Positions 28,825 to 36,953 of a stretch of 64,000 nt of DNA are shown here, piece by piece (positions within the stretch are counted from its first letter, which is position 1; each line of letters begins with the position of its first letter). The notes beneath the pieces were generated by a model, which saw only the letters and a list, made by a program, of their open reading frames with translations, made no database searches and was not told the DNA's origin. The position numbers were made by a program, and so were the translations under genes. The stretch is from an uncultured Candidatus Poseidoniales archaeon (GTDB lineage Archaea > Thermoplasmatota > Poseidoniia > Poseidoniales > Poseidoniaceae). The stretch covers positions 114-64,113 of the forward strand of contig CACEWA010000004.1 of assembly GCA_902563095.1 (NCBI GenBank). The letters are read 5' to 3'.

Positions 28825-29934
28825 TCAGACAAAGGGTGGGCGAACTACTACTGCCCGTACTTTCTTCCGCGGTGAGGCGACAATCATGACCTCGTCACCT
28901 GGTGAAACACCAGCAATGTAACCCATTCCAATTCCGGTTCTATCTAGCGAAGGAGCCGGTGCCCCGCTAGTAAGTGTACCAATTGAATTTCCATTCAAAT
29001 CTTCAACTATCTTGCCGCCACGAGGCAGAGGTCCTCTTTCGAGTTGCTTTATCCCCCACCACTTTGCATTATCTGGTGAATGAGAAATGACTCGATGGCG
29101 CCCGATAAATTCGTGTTCAATATCCAGCCCAAATGGAACATTGGTTTCCCAAGAATCCCTGTGCAAGAGAGTGTTATCATCCAGATTCGGTGATGCAAAA
29201 TCGACACCTGACAAAAGATATCCCTTCTCTAAGCGAAGCGTATCCCTTGCTCCTAAACCAACTGGAGTTGCTCCCGCCCCGATTAGGTTGCGCCAAAGAA
29301 GTGGAGCATCACTATTTGAGATGAATATTTCATAACCTGGCTCCCCAGTGTATCCTGTGCCTTGGATCCATCCATTTACCCCAAGTGAGTTTTCTTGGAT
29401 TTTTGCCCATCTGAATCTACCGACATGATTCTGATTGCCTAGAACCGCCTCACAATATTTCCTTGCATTTGGGCCCTGTAGAGCAATAATACTAGTTTGC
29501 GGAGATAAATCTTCAATTGTTACTGAGCCATCTTCAGGTAATAGTGAGTTGAACCATTTCCACATCATTGGGACCATACTTGCATTGGGAACTCCCAAAA
29601 TCTCTTCTTCTGAAACAACTGCAAAAATCATGTCATCAATGAGATATCCGTCATGGTCTAGGAAATGGGTATATGCACACCTACCCGGTTCTATTGAGGA
29701 GCATTTCTGAGTTGCTATTGATTCAAGCCAATTCCTGACTCCGCTACCGGAAAATCTGAATGAACCCATGTGAGAAACATCGAATAAACCTGCATTAGCC
29801 CTACAAGCAAGATGCTCTTCAGAGATGTTTGTGTACCAAATTGGCAATTCAAAACCATGGAAATCCACAATGTTTGCATCTAAGGCAAGATGCTCTTCGT
29901 AAAGTGCGGTTCGAACTGGGGCCTGTGATGCCAT
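28825..29934 (-). CDS. gcvT: glycine cleavage system aminomethyltransferase (T protein)
   Basis: RTALYEEHLALDANIVDFHGFELPIWY, GLFDVSHMG and GARDTLRLEKGY motifs. Confidence 0.9.
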   Translation of the reverse strand: MASQAPVRTALYEEHLALDANIVDFHGFELPIWYTNISEEHLACRANAGLFDVSHMGSFRFSGSGVRNWLESIATQKCSSIEPGRCAYTHFLDHDGYLIDDMIFAVVSEEEILGVPNASMVPMMWKWFNSLLPEDGSVTIEDLSPQTSIIALQGPNARKYCEAVLGNQNHVGRFRWAKIQENSLGVNGWIQGTGYTGEPGYEIFISNSDAPLLWRNLIGAGATPVGLGARDTLRLEKGYLLSGVDFASPNLDDNTLLHRDSWETNVPFGLDIEHEFIGRHRVISHSPDNAKWWGIKQLERGPLPRGGKIVEDLNGNSIGTLTSGAPAPSLDRTGIGMGYIAGVSPGDEVMIVASPRKKVRAVVVRPPFV

Positions 29935-29983
29935 ATGCAGATGACATCCGATACAGCATTAAATTGTCACTGAAAAGAGGTGG

Positions 29984-30229
29984 CTATTTTTTCCTGAGAA
30001 TTGACCAATTTTTACGGCCTAATCCCTCTAAGGCAATTCCTGTTACTAAACCCCATGCGATTTCAGATTCGAACTTCATCACTAGCATAACTACCATGAT
30101 AATTGCTGCAATTATCCAGTGATGCAACCAAATCGATTCGTTTCGCACATGAAATTTGAAATTCTCAGTTACCCATCTAGTGAACACGAATGCTGCGATT
30201 ATCGATAATGAATAGTAAGCGAACTCCAT
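29984..30229 (-). CDS. small hypothetical membrane protein (81 aa, about 3 TM)
   Basis: Hydrophobic segments YYSLSIIAAFVF, WIIAAIIMVVMLV and IAWGLVTGIAL. It lies between alkA-like and gcvT in the same orientation. Confidence 0.4.
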   Translation of the reverse strand: MEFAYYSLSIIAAFVFTRWVTENFKFHVRNESIWLHHWIIAAIIMVVMLVMKFESEIAWGLVTGIALEGLGRKNWSILRKK

Positions 30230-30268
30230 TATTTTGCAATGCGGGGTGAGTTCTATTCTAGTTTCGCA

Positions 30269-30880
30269 TCAATAAGCTACAGGGACCGGGTCTAGCATGC
30301 GCCACAAATACCAGCAAGCAGCGGTTTTGTAAGGGCTCCATCTCTCTGCGACTTGAAGAACGTCTTCTTTTGTTTCAGCCTCGGGAACCAAAATTTTGAC
30401 TGCTTTTACCAGCCCAATATCTCCAATACTGAATATGTTCGGCCTCAATAAACTGAAGATCATCAGCATTTCCGCAGTCCATGGGCCTATCCCCTTGAAA
30501 CTAACAAAATGTTTGTGAATTTCAGAGTCGGTCAATTTATCCCAGTTTGGAGATAGAAAACCATCTGGATTTTCTGCAACACCAAGTATGTATGTTGCCT
30601 TAGATTTTGTAAGTCCACATGCGGCAATTTCGGCATGTGTGAAACTGCTTACCTGCTTTGGAGTAATTTCCCCTACCATATCTTTCAGGCGATTCCAAAT
30701 CGAATCCGCTGCGATAACAGAAATTTGCTGGCCAACTATTGAGTTGACAAACGTTGCAAATAAGTCTCCTTTGCCAACCAAAGATTCGCCCTGATGCTGC
30801 TTCACAATAGGCCCTAGGAGGTCGTCTTGAAGAAGAAATTTATTGGCTTCATCCCACCAATGAGGCTTACCCTTCTGCAT
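30269..30880 (-). CDS. HhH-GPD DNA glycosylase (DNA-3-methyladenine glycosylase II / AlkA-like)
   Basis: Helix-hairpin-helix FKGIGPWTAEMLMIF followed by the catalytic-Asp region FSIGDIGLVKA. Confidence 0.8.
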   Translation of the reverse strand: MQKGKPHWWDEANKFLLQDDLLGPIVKQHQGESLVGKGDLFATFVNSIVGQQISVIAADSIWNRLKDMVGEITPKQVSSFTHAEIAACGLTKSKATYILGVAENPDGFLSPNWDKLTDSEIHKHFVSFKGIGPWTAEMLMIFSLLRPNIFSIGDIGLVKAVKILVPEAETKEDVLQVAERWSPYKTAACWYLWRMLDPVPVAY

Positions 30881-30897
30881 ATCGCAACCTCAAATGA

Positions 30898-32307
30898 TTA
30901 ACTAGAAAAGGGAATGTTTCGAATAATGTCGTTACCAATGCTGGTGATTTCATCAACTAGATTTTCGATTGTTTCCCGTGTTACAGCAGGGTTAGCAATA
31001 ACTGGACGTAAAATGATATCATCACCAATGTTTGATTGTGAAATCATGAAATTACCTGATTTAACCAATCGCTCTCTCAATTGCTTATTTACCGAATTAT
31101 GGTCTATTCCTTTTGCTGTAAATCTGATGCAAACATTGGACCAAACTCTCGATGACATCATCTCTAAATTCTGATTTGTTTCTACTAGCGACTGTAAGTA
31201 ATCAGCCAGATCAACATAATTTTCCACGAGTCGTGCCCAACCTGCATCTCCTTTCTCTCTCCAAGCAAGGAATAGTTTCAACGCATCATTACGTCGCCCG
31301 CATTGGAGACTAATTCTTCCAAGATCTACATCTTCTGCATCTCCCAAGAAAAGATAGTGAGCGACATTTCCGTGCGAACATATTTTTCGTAAAATTTCTG
31401 GACGCTTAATCAAGAAAGCTGAACAAACGAGTGGAATACCCATCATTTTGTGAGAATCCCAACAAACCGAATCCGCAAGATCGATGCCATCAATCAATTG
31501 ACGATGTTTGGCACTGAAAAGGCACGACCCACCCCAAGCAGCATCTACATGAAGCCACAATTCTTGGTCTGCGCAAATCTGTGCAATTTCTTTCACAGGA
31601 TCAAAAGCGCCTCTAACCGTAGTACCTGAAGTTGCAACCACACAGAATGGAATCTGATTGTTCAATCTTGAACGTTCAATCTCTTCTATCAACTTGTCAC
31701 ATCGCATTCTACCATCTGAATCACATGGAACTTTAATCACATTATCGAATCCAAGTCCCAGGACATTTGCTGCCATCAATACTGAGTAATGAGATTCCTC
31801 TGATACGAAACAGACTAGGCTATCTCCTCTGAAGCCCCTTTGCTGTCCCAGTGGGTCAACTTGATGTCTTGCACACATCATTCCAATCATATTTCCATTA
31901 GAACCACCGGTAGTCAAAGTCCCATTACCATCAGTGAATCCTACAATGTCACACATTCTTCGTATCAAAGCTTGCTCAATCAATGTTGCAAGAGGTGATA
32001 ACTCGTAAGTGTACATTGAATTATTTGTTAAAGTTGCAATCACTTCTCCAGCGAAAGCAGATAGATTGAAACCCCCCCAAAGGGGATTCATGAATCCAGG
32101 TGAATCTGTTCTCACGCTATACTTTAGGAACTGATCAATATCTTGGAGTGCATTTTCCAAACCCATTCCCTCCAAAGGAATGTTCAAGTCTGCTATTTTG
32201 CGAAGACTCGATTGTGGTATGTGTTCAATTATTTTTTGAGAGCCATCCAAGTGATTACGTATCCTTCTTAGAACTTCATCTAAGAATTCACTTGTCTCTG
32301 AATCCAT
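30898..32307 (-). CDS. group II pyridoxal-dependent decarboxylase (GAD/CSAD/DABA decarboxylase-like)
   Basis: PLP-lysine motif DSHKMMGIPLVCSAFL plus TTGGSNGNMIGM and HVDAAWGG. I chose ATG 32307, preceded by AGGAGAT, over the GTG 32328 track start. Confidence 0.8.
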   Translation of the reverse strand: MDSETSEFLDEVLRRIRNHLDGSQKIIEHIPQSSLRKIADLNIPLEGMGLENALQDIDQFLKYSVRTDSPGFMNPLWGGFNLSAFAGEVIATLTNNSMYTYELSPLATLIEQALIRRMCDIVGFTDGNGTLTTGGSNGNMIGMMCARHQVDPLGQQRGFRGDSLVCFVSEESHYSVLMAANVLGLGFDNVIKVPCDSDGRMRCDKLIEEIERSRLNNQIPFCVVATSGTTVRGAFDPVKEIAQICADQELWLHVDAAWGGSCLFSAKHRQLIDGIDLADSVCWDSHKMMGIPLVCSAFLIKRPEILRKICSHGNVAHYLFLGDAEDVDLGRISLQCGRRNDALKLFLAWREKGDAGWARLVENYVDLADYLQSLVETNQNLEMMSSRVWSNVCIRFTAKGIDHNSVNKQLRERLVKSGNFMISQSNIGDDIILRPVIANPAVTRETIENLVDEITSIGNDIIRNIPFSS

Positions 32308-32712
32308 GGTTATCTCCTTTAGGCCCACTAGAAGGCGGGTTTAGAACCCTGCGCTATAAAGTTCAGAGTAAATGAGTAAATGCAATAGATTTTCTACCAA
32401 AATTACTACTTAGTGCCATTTTCTTACAATGTGCATAATATGATATGCGGATTGAATAACATTGCATCAAAATAACAAAAATAAGGAAAATGAAGACGGA
32501 AAAATCAGTTTAATCTAAATTGCTAATGCGAACTAAACTGGGGAAAATGAGCTAATGGAGATCGCTCTCTTTTATGATTCAATGCAGTGCTTTGTTTAGA
32601 CAAAATATCGATATTTGTCCGCATGCTGACTCAAATTAAATGATGGCAAAACGATATGCACTATGCATTTTTACCTAGTAACATTGAATAGCAAGAGGTT
32701 AGACGAGGATGT

Positions 32713-33558
32713 ATGTTAGGCAATGATGGCTCTGCATGGCTCGAAAGGATGCATATGCAAATTGCTAGAAATTTGAAAGCATCCGATTGGTCTCAGGCTG
32801 AAATCGCAGAAATTTTGGGCTCAACACAGTCAACGATATCTCGTATGGCACACCGCGATTTACCACAAATGGCTGGGACATCTGATGAATCTACAATTGA
32901 TGACTGGGCTCATGAAATTTCTCTAGCACTCAGGCAGTTGGGCCCAGGTGCAAGGCCTAGTAGAACACGTTTTGTAATGGAAATCGCTTTTGCCCCAGGC
33001 CAAGTCCTGAGATTTGACAAATCGCTAACAGGTACAGATTTAGATTCAGATCAAGAGCAAACGGCGCTGCTAAAGAGGCTTGAGTGGGCTGTGTCTAGAA
33101 TAGATGTAAATCGTCTGAAGCCGTTTATGCCTACTGTGGGAATGAACATCGCTTGTTGCCTAGATAATTCACGTTCAATTGCAGAAGTTGCCGCATTTCC
33201 AGGTAAACTATCAATCGTGGGAAATAAATTACGCCACCACGAAACTCCTGCTTTCGGTGCATCTAATTATCTTGCAAACATGTTGATAGATGCAAGGGTG
33301 CATGATAGTTCTAAAACCGCAATTCTAAATATCCACCCTGGAGATAAATTAGAAAATATTGAAATTATTTGTGAAGAGTTAGACTTGAACTTAACTTTTG
33401 CAACAAAGGGTGAATTGACTCCCCACCAAGGCATAGATATTATTCTGGATGAAGGAGCATTTGGATGGGTTCCTTCACTATACATACTCGCTCACAACCC
33501 ACTCGAATTAGTTGATAGAATGCACCAAATCGTTTCACTTATTCATTCTAGAGCATGA
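32713..33558 (+). CDS. HTH domain fused to a ThiN-type (thiamine-phosphate synthase-like) domain; ThiR-like regulator candidate
   Basis: N-terminal HTH WSQAEIAEILGSTQSTISRMA. The C-terminal region has blocks I recognise from the ThiN family: FMPTVGMNIA, IAEVAAFPGKL, FGASNYLANMLI, AILNIHP, DEGAFGWVPSLYILAHNP. Confidence 0.6.
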   Translation: MLGNDGSAWLERMHMQIARNLKASDWSQAEIAEILGSTQSTISRMAHRDLPQMAGTSDESTIDDWAHEISLALRQLGPGARPSRTRFVMEIAFAPGQVLRFDKSLTGTDLDSDQEQTALLKRLEWAVSRIDVNRLKPFMPTVGMNIACCLDNSRSIAEVAAFPGKLSIVGNKLRHHETPAFGASNYLANMLIDARVHDSSKTAILNIHPGDKLENIEIICEELDLNLTFATKGELTPHQGIDIILDEGAFGWVPSLYILAHNPLELVDRMHQIVSLIHSRA

Positions 33559-33585
33559 TATATTCAATAACTAGGTACTCGACGA

Positions 33586-33670
33586 CGATTTGGGGAGCTT
33601 ATTGCTGAGAGGTCGTCTTCGGACGACGACCCACTGACCTGATTCGGGTAATGCCGGCGGAGGGAGAAAT
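33586..33670 (+). promoter_or_regulatory. TPP (THI-box) riboswitch
   Basis: All conserved aptamer blocks appear in the right order: GGGGAGC (33592-33598), uuauu, GCUGAGA, the P3 hairpin GGUCGUC-uucg-GACGAC, ACCC, ACCUGAU, GGGUAAUGCCGGCG and GAGGGA (to 33666). P1 is AUUU (33588-33591) pairing with AAAU (33667-33670), directly abutting the AUG at 33671. A TATA-like ATATATT lies at 33557-33563. Confidence 0.9.
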
Positions 33671-35170
33671 ATGGACACAAATATTGCATATGGATTGATG
33701 CTTGTAACGCTTGGTTTCTTTGGCTACATTGGATACCAAGCAGCGACCGAAAGAAAACTGGAAGCCGATGAATATCTCTCGGCCAGAGGTTCACAAGATT
33801 GGTTGAGAATTGGACTTAGCCTATTTGCTTCAGGTATGGGTATTTGGATTCTCTTTGGCCCCAGTGAAGTTGGATATTATGGTGGATTTTGGGATGTTGT
33901 CGGATACGCCGTATCAGCAGCAACCCCCTTCCTGTTACTCGCTTACGTGGGCCCTATGGTTCGTGATAAATTACCCGATGGTGTGACATTGGCAGACTAT
34001 GTTAGGATGAGAATCGGCAGACCTATGCAAATCTATGTCGGTGTGATTTCTGTAATCTACATGTTTACTTTCTTGTTTGCCGAATTTACTGCAATTGGAA
34101 AGGCTATGAGTGTGCTATCGGACATGGACCCATTGATTCCGATGATTGCAGTTGGTGCAGTCACCGTGGGTTATACTGCATATGGAGGGTTGCCTGCTTC
34201 ATTGCGAACCGATAGAATCCAGGCATGGGTTGTACTGTGGCTTGTCATTGCGCTATTGCTTTTCGTGTTCGCTGGAGACCTCAGCAATTTGATTTCAGAT
34301 GCAAAGGCATACAACCCAGAAGACGATTGGAGTATTGGGAGTATGTCTTATATGGATTCATTCAAATCTGGATTGGCCCTTGTAATTGCGATTACTGCAG
34401 CAGAAATGTTTTCTCAAGGTAATTGGCAGAGAGCTTGGGCATCTGAGAATAATGAAGCGCTCAAGAAAGGAGCTCTTCTTGCAGCCGGCCTTGTCCTACC
34501 TCTAGTCTTCATCATGGGTGTATTGGGAACTGTTGCCGCTGGTCAAGGCGCAGTCGATGACCCTTCAGCAGCATTCTTTACTCTACTGGAAGATGCACAC
34601 ATTTTGATTATCGCTGGATTTGTAGTCCTAGGAATAGCCTTAGTTTGTTCAAGTGTTGATACACTGCAAAACGCTGTTTCTGCTTCTATTACAAGAGACC
34701 TTTCAGACAATAAAATGAATCTGGATCAGGCAAGAATTGCAACCGTGGCGATGATTCCATTGGCCATTTACTTGGCGACAGGGCCTACAATTGGAAACTT
34801 TACTTTCGATGCTGCGAGCGTATTTGGCATATTCCTATTCGCTGATTTATTGGCTGCGGCCACGGTACTACCTGTTCTGCTCACACTCTCTGATCGAATC
34901 AAATCTAGGGCGGCTCTAGCGGGTGCAGTTTGTGGATTGCTTTCTGTTGTAATTTATGGAATGTATACTGCAGATTTGAGTACAGGTATTGGATACCTAA
35001 CCTCTCCAACCAATGAATTTGGCATGGCTAATCTAGAGGTTTTCGTATCTGCACTGTGCGGTTCAGGTTTAGTCACAATCATTGGTTCTGAATTAATTGG
35101 AATGCAAGAATTACCAAATATTCCAAATGAAGAAGTGGCAAATCAAGAAGGCAGTTCTGAATCTGAATAG
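33671..35170 (+). CDS. sodium:solute symporter (SSS)-like transporter, TPP-riboswitch controlled (candidate thiamine/thiazole-precursor importer)
   Basis: 499 aa and about 13 TM helices. The N-terminus YLSARGSQDWLRIGLSLFASGMGIWILFG resembles the SSS family start. It sits immediately downstream of the riboswitch. Confidence 0.55.
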   Translation: MDTNIAYGLMLVTLGFFGYIGYQAATERKLEADEYLSARGSQDWLRIGLSLFASGMGIWILFGPSEVGYYGGFWDVVGYAVSAATPFLLLAYVGPMVRDKLPDGVTLADYVRMRIGRPMQIYVGVISVIYMFTFLFAEFTAIGKAMSVLSDMDPLIPMIAVGAVTVGYTAYGGLPASLRTDRIQAWVVLWLVIALLLFVFAGDLSNLISDAKAYNPEDDWSIGSMSYMDSFKSGLALVIAITAAEMFSQGNWQRAWASENNEALKKGALLAAGLVLPLVFIMGVLGTVAAGQGAVDDPSAAFFTLLEDAHILIIAGFVVLGIALVCSSVDTLQNAVSASITRDLSDNKMNLDQARIATVAMIPLAIYLATGPTIGNFTFDAASVFGIFLFADLLAAATVLPVLLTLSDRIKSRAALAGAVCGLLSVVIYGMYTADLSTGIGYLTSPTNEFGMANLEVFVSALCGSGLVTIIGSELIGMQELPNIPNEEVANQEGSSESE

Positions 35171-35217
35171 CGGCACTATCATATGTGAGTCTGTTCATAG
35201 TATAGTTAGGGAAACCT

Positions 35218-35754
35218 ATGGTCGGAACTCCACTTGATGTTGTACCATACATTCGCGGGGTGCAATTAGTTCTCATAGGATACAATGGTTACACAAAGGG
35301 TTCTCGATTCGAAAACGACAAAATGGTGCGAGATGAAATTGTCCGTGCCGTTGGTAGAGTTCGAAGTCATATGCAGAATATTTTCGATAGTCAATTTAAG
35401 GATGAAAACCTGGAAATTGCACGTGCTGCGAAACAGTGTATGGAAGAATGCGATTACTTGATTGAAGATGTTCAAAAATCTGCATCAGGAATGGAACATG
35501 CATTCCTTTCAGGACAGAGGTCTCCTTCTAATCGTGATTTGAAAAAACTAATCAAACACGACCACGATGTCATTGACATGGTTACTAAAGCCGTCAATAT
35601 TGCAAACAGTGCAGAACTATCTACATCTACATCAGATGGCAATGCCAAGCAACTTACTATGCAAACAACACAGGTTCTTACCAGTTGCAAAGGATTTTTT
35701 GGTGCGAGAAAAAATATTCTCGCAGGATTGAAACAAAAGAAAGTGAAGAAGTGA
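35218..35754 (+). CDS. hypothetical helical protein
   Basis: 178-aa ORF, with an alternative start MVRDEIV at 35323. It looks predominantly helical and charged, and I recognised no motif. Its stop lies 4 nt before the next gene. Confidence 0.45.
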   Translation: MVGTPLDVVPYIRGVQLVLIGYNGYTKGSRFENDKMVRDEIVRAVGRVRSHMQNIFDSQFKDENLEIARAAKQCMEECDYLIEDVQKSASGMEHAFLSGQRSPSNRDLKKLIKHDHDVIDMVTKAVNIANSAELSTSTSDGNAKQLTMQTTQVLTSCKGFFGARKNILAGLKQKKVKK

Positions 35755-35758
35755 TTAA

Positions 35759-36877
35759 ATGACGAACTACAAATGGAGAGATAGCCCCGATATTGTCGCT
35801 AGATTGGTTAATGCAGACAAGATACAAAGCTTTGCCACTCAGCAAGTTTTGCTCAAGCCAAACGAAGCCTGCGCCCTTATTGTCGACGGTAGAATTGGAG
35901 ATGTAATTACTGAAACTCTGCTGAAAAGCATGGCAGGCGGATTTACAAGATGGATAGGAGACAAACTTGGAGTCACCGCTAATGATAGACGTTTACTCTT
36001 TGCAATGACTGGACCGATGGATTATTGGATCCCATTCGAAGGTCAAATCGCAGATGGGGAAAAGGTCACTGGGTTTGCTAACTTAAGGATGCGTTTGGAT
36101 TTGGAAGATGTACCAAAACTTCTGAACTATTTTGCAAATAATGACCCGGTTTTAACCAGAGATGGTGTAATCAAAATCATTGCTGATGAAGTAAAAGCGA
36201 GAGTAGTCACTCCAGCACTATCCTCGTGTGAAAGTGCCGCAGGGCTAAGAAGTGCCTCATTCCTTGAGATGTTCGATATGTCTGCTGAAAGTGGAATGAG
36301 AAATCTATTGTCTAATCTTGGCTTCACCCTATTGAAGGCATTCCCGATTACCAACCCTACGGATATGGAGTTGGTTCAAAGACATCGAGCCGCTGTTCAG
36401 GCAAAAATGTCTGGTGATGAAGCAGATGTTGAAGCACAACTTGCACAATATGCTCAAACTGAAGCATTGACATTGGCAAGAATCGAACTCGAGAATAAAG
36501 TTGCAAGAGCAAATGCTCGAGGTAAAGTAACTGTAGAACTAGAAAGTGAATTGAAAGAACTACGTGCTCAAGAGGCAAAATGGTCTGCAGAACTAGATTT
36601 TGAACGCGGGAAAATGCAAATTAGAATTGATGAATCCGATGCCAAAAACAAGCGAGCAATGGATATGTTTGCCGAGGTTCAGGCAAGAAAGGCGGAAAGG
36701 ATTGCAAACCAGCAAGAATTCCAAAAACAGAGAATGGATTCGCAAAACCAATTGCAAAAAGAGATCATGGAATTGGCAGCAGAACACGGAGCGCTAACAC
36801 CTGAAGTCATTCAAGAAATGCTTCGCCAGCAAACTGCACAGAAAGCAATCGACGGAAACGACGAAGATTCTGCATAA
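35759..36877 (+). CDS. SPFH/Band-7-like domain protein with long C-terminal coiled coil, no TM segment
   Basis: The N-terminal pattern QQVLLKPNEACALIVDGRIGDVITE resembles YdjI-type SPFH proteins. The C-terminal ~150 aa is E/A/Q/K-rich heptad-like sequence (ELESELKELRAQEAKWSAELDFERGKMQIRIDES...). Confidence 0.45.
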   Translation: MTNYKWRDSPDIVARLVNADKIQSFATQQVLLKPNEACALIVDGRIGDVITETLLKSMAGGFTRWIGDKLGVTANDRRLLFAMTGPMDYWIPFEGQIADGEKVTGFANLRMRLDLEDVPKLLNYFANNDPVLTRDGVIKIIADEVKARVVTPALSSCESAAGLRSASFLEMFDMSAESGMRNLLSNLGFTLLKAFPITNPTDMELVQRHRAAVQAKMSGDEADVEAQLAQYAQTEALTLARIELENKVARANARGKVTVELESELKELRAQEAKWSAELDFERGKMQIRIDESDAKNKRAMDMFAEVQARKAERIANQQEFQKQRMDSQNQLQKEIMELAAEHGALTPEVIQEMLRQQTAQKAIDGNDEDSA

Positions 36878-36953
36878 TTTGTTTGAAAATTAATTCGGCT
36901 CTAGGCCGTTATTGTTACCGATTGCATGAAAAGATACAACTTGTCGCCGGTGC

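Noticed and set aside
32440-32712. C/D-box sRNA or other small RNA in the long AT-rich spacer (AUGAUGG at about 32640)
   Set aside because: No correctly spaced D box (CUGA) or terminal stem follows the C-box-like sequence, and I recognised no Rfam-like motif. The region is kept only as a finding about palindromes and operators.
33564-33794. 76-aa minus-strand ORF across the riboswitch region
   Set aside because: The region is explained by the TPP aptamer and the start of the transporter gene. The ORF has no Shine-Dalgarno motif and an Arg/Ser-rich composition.
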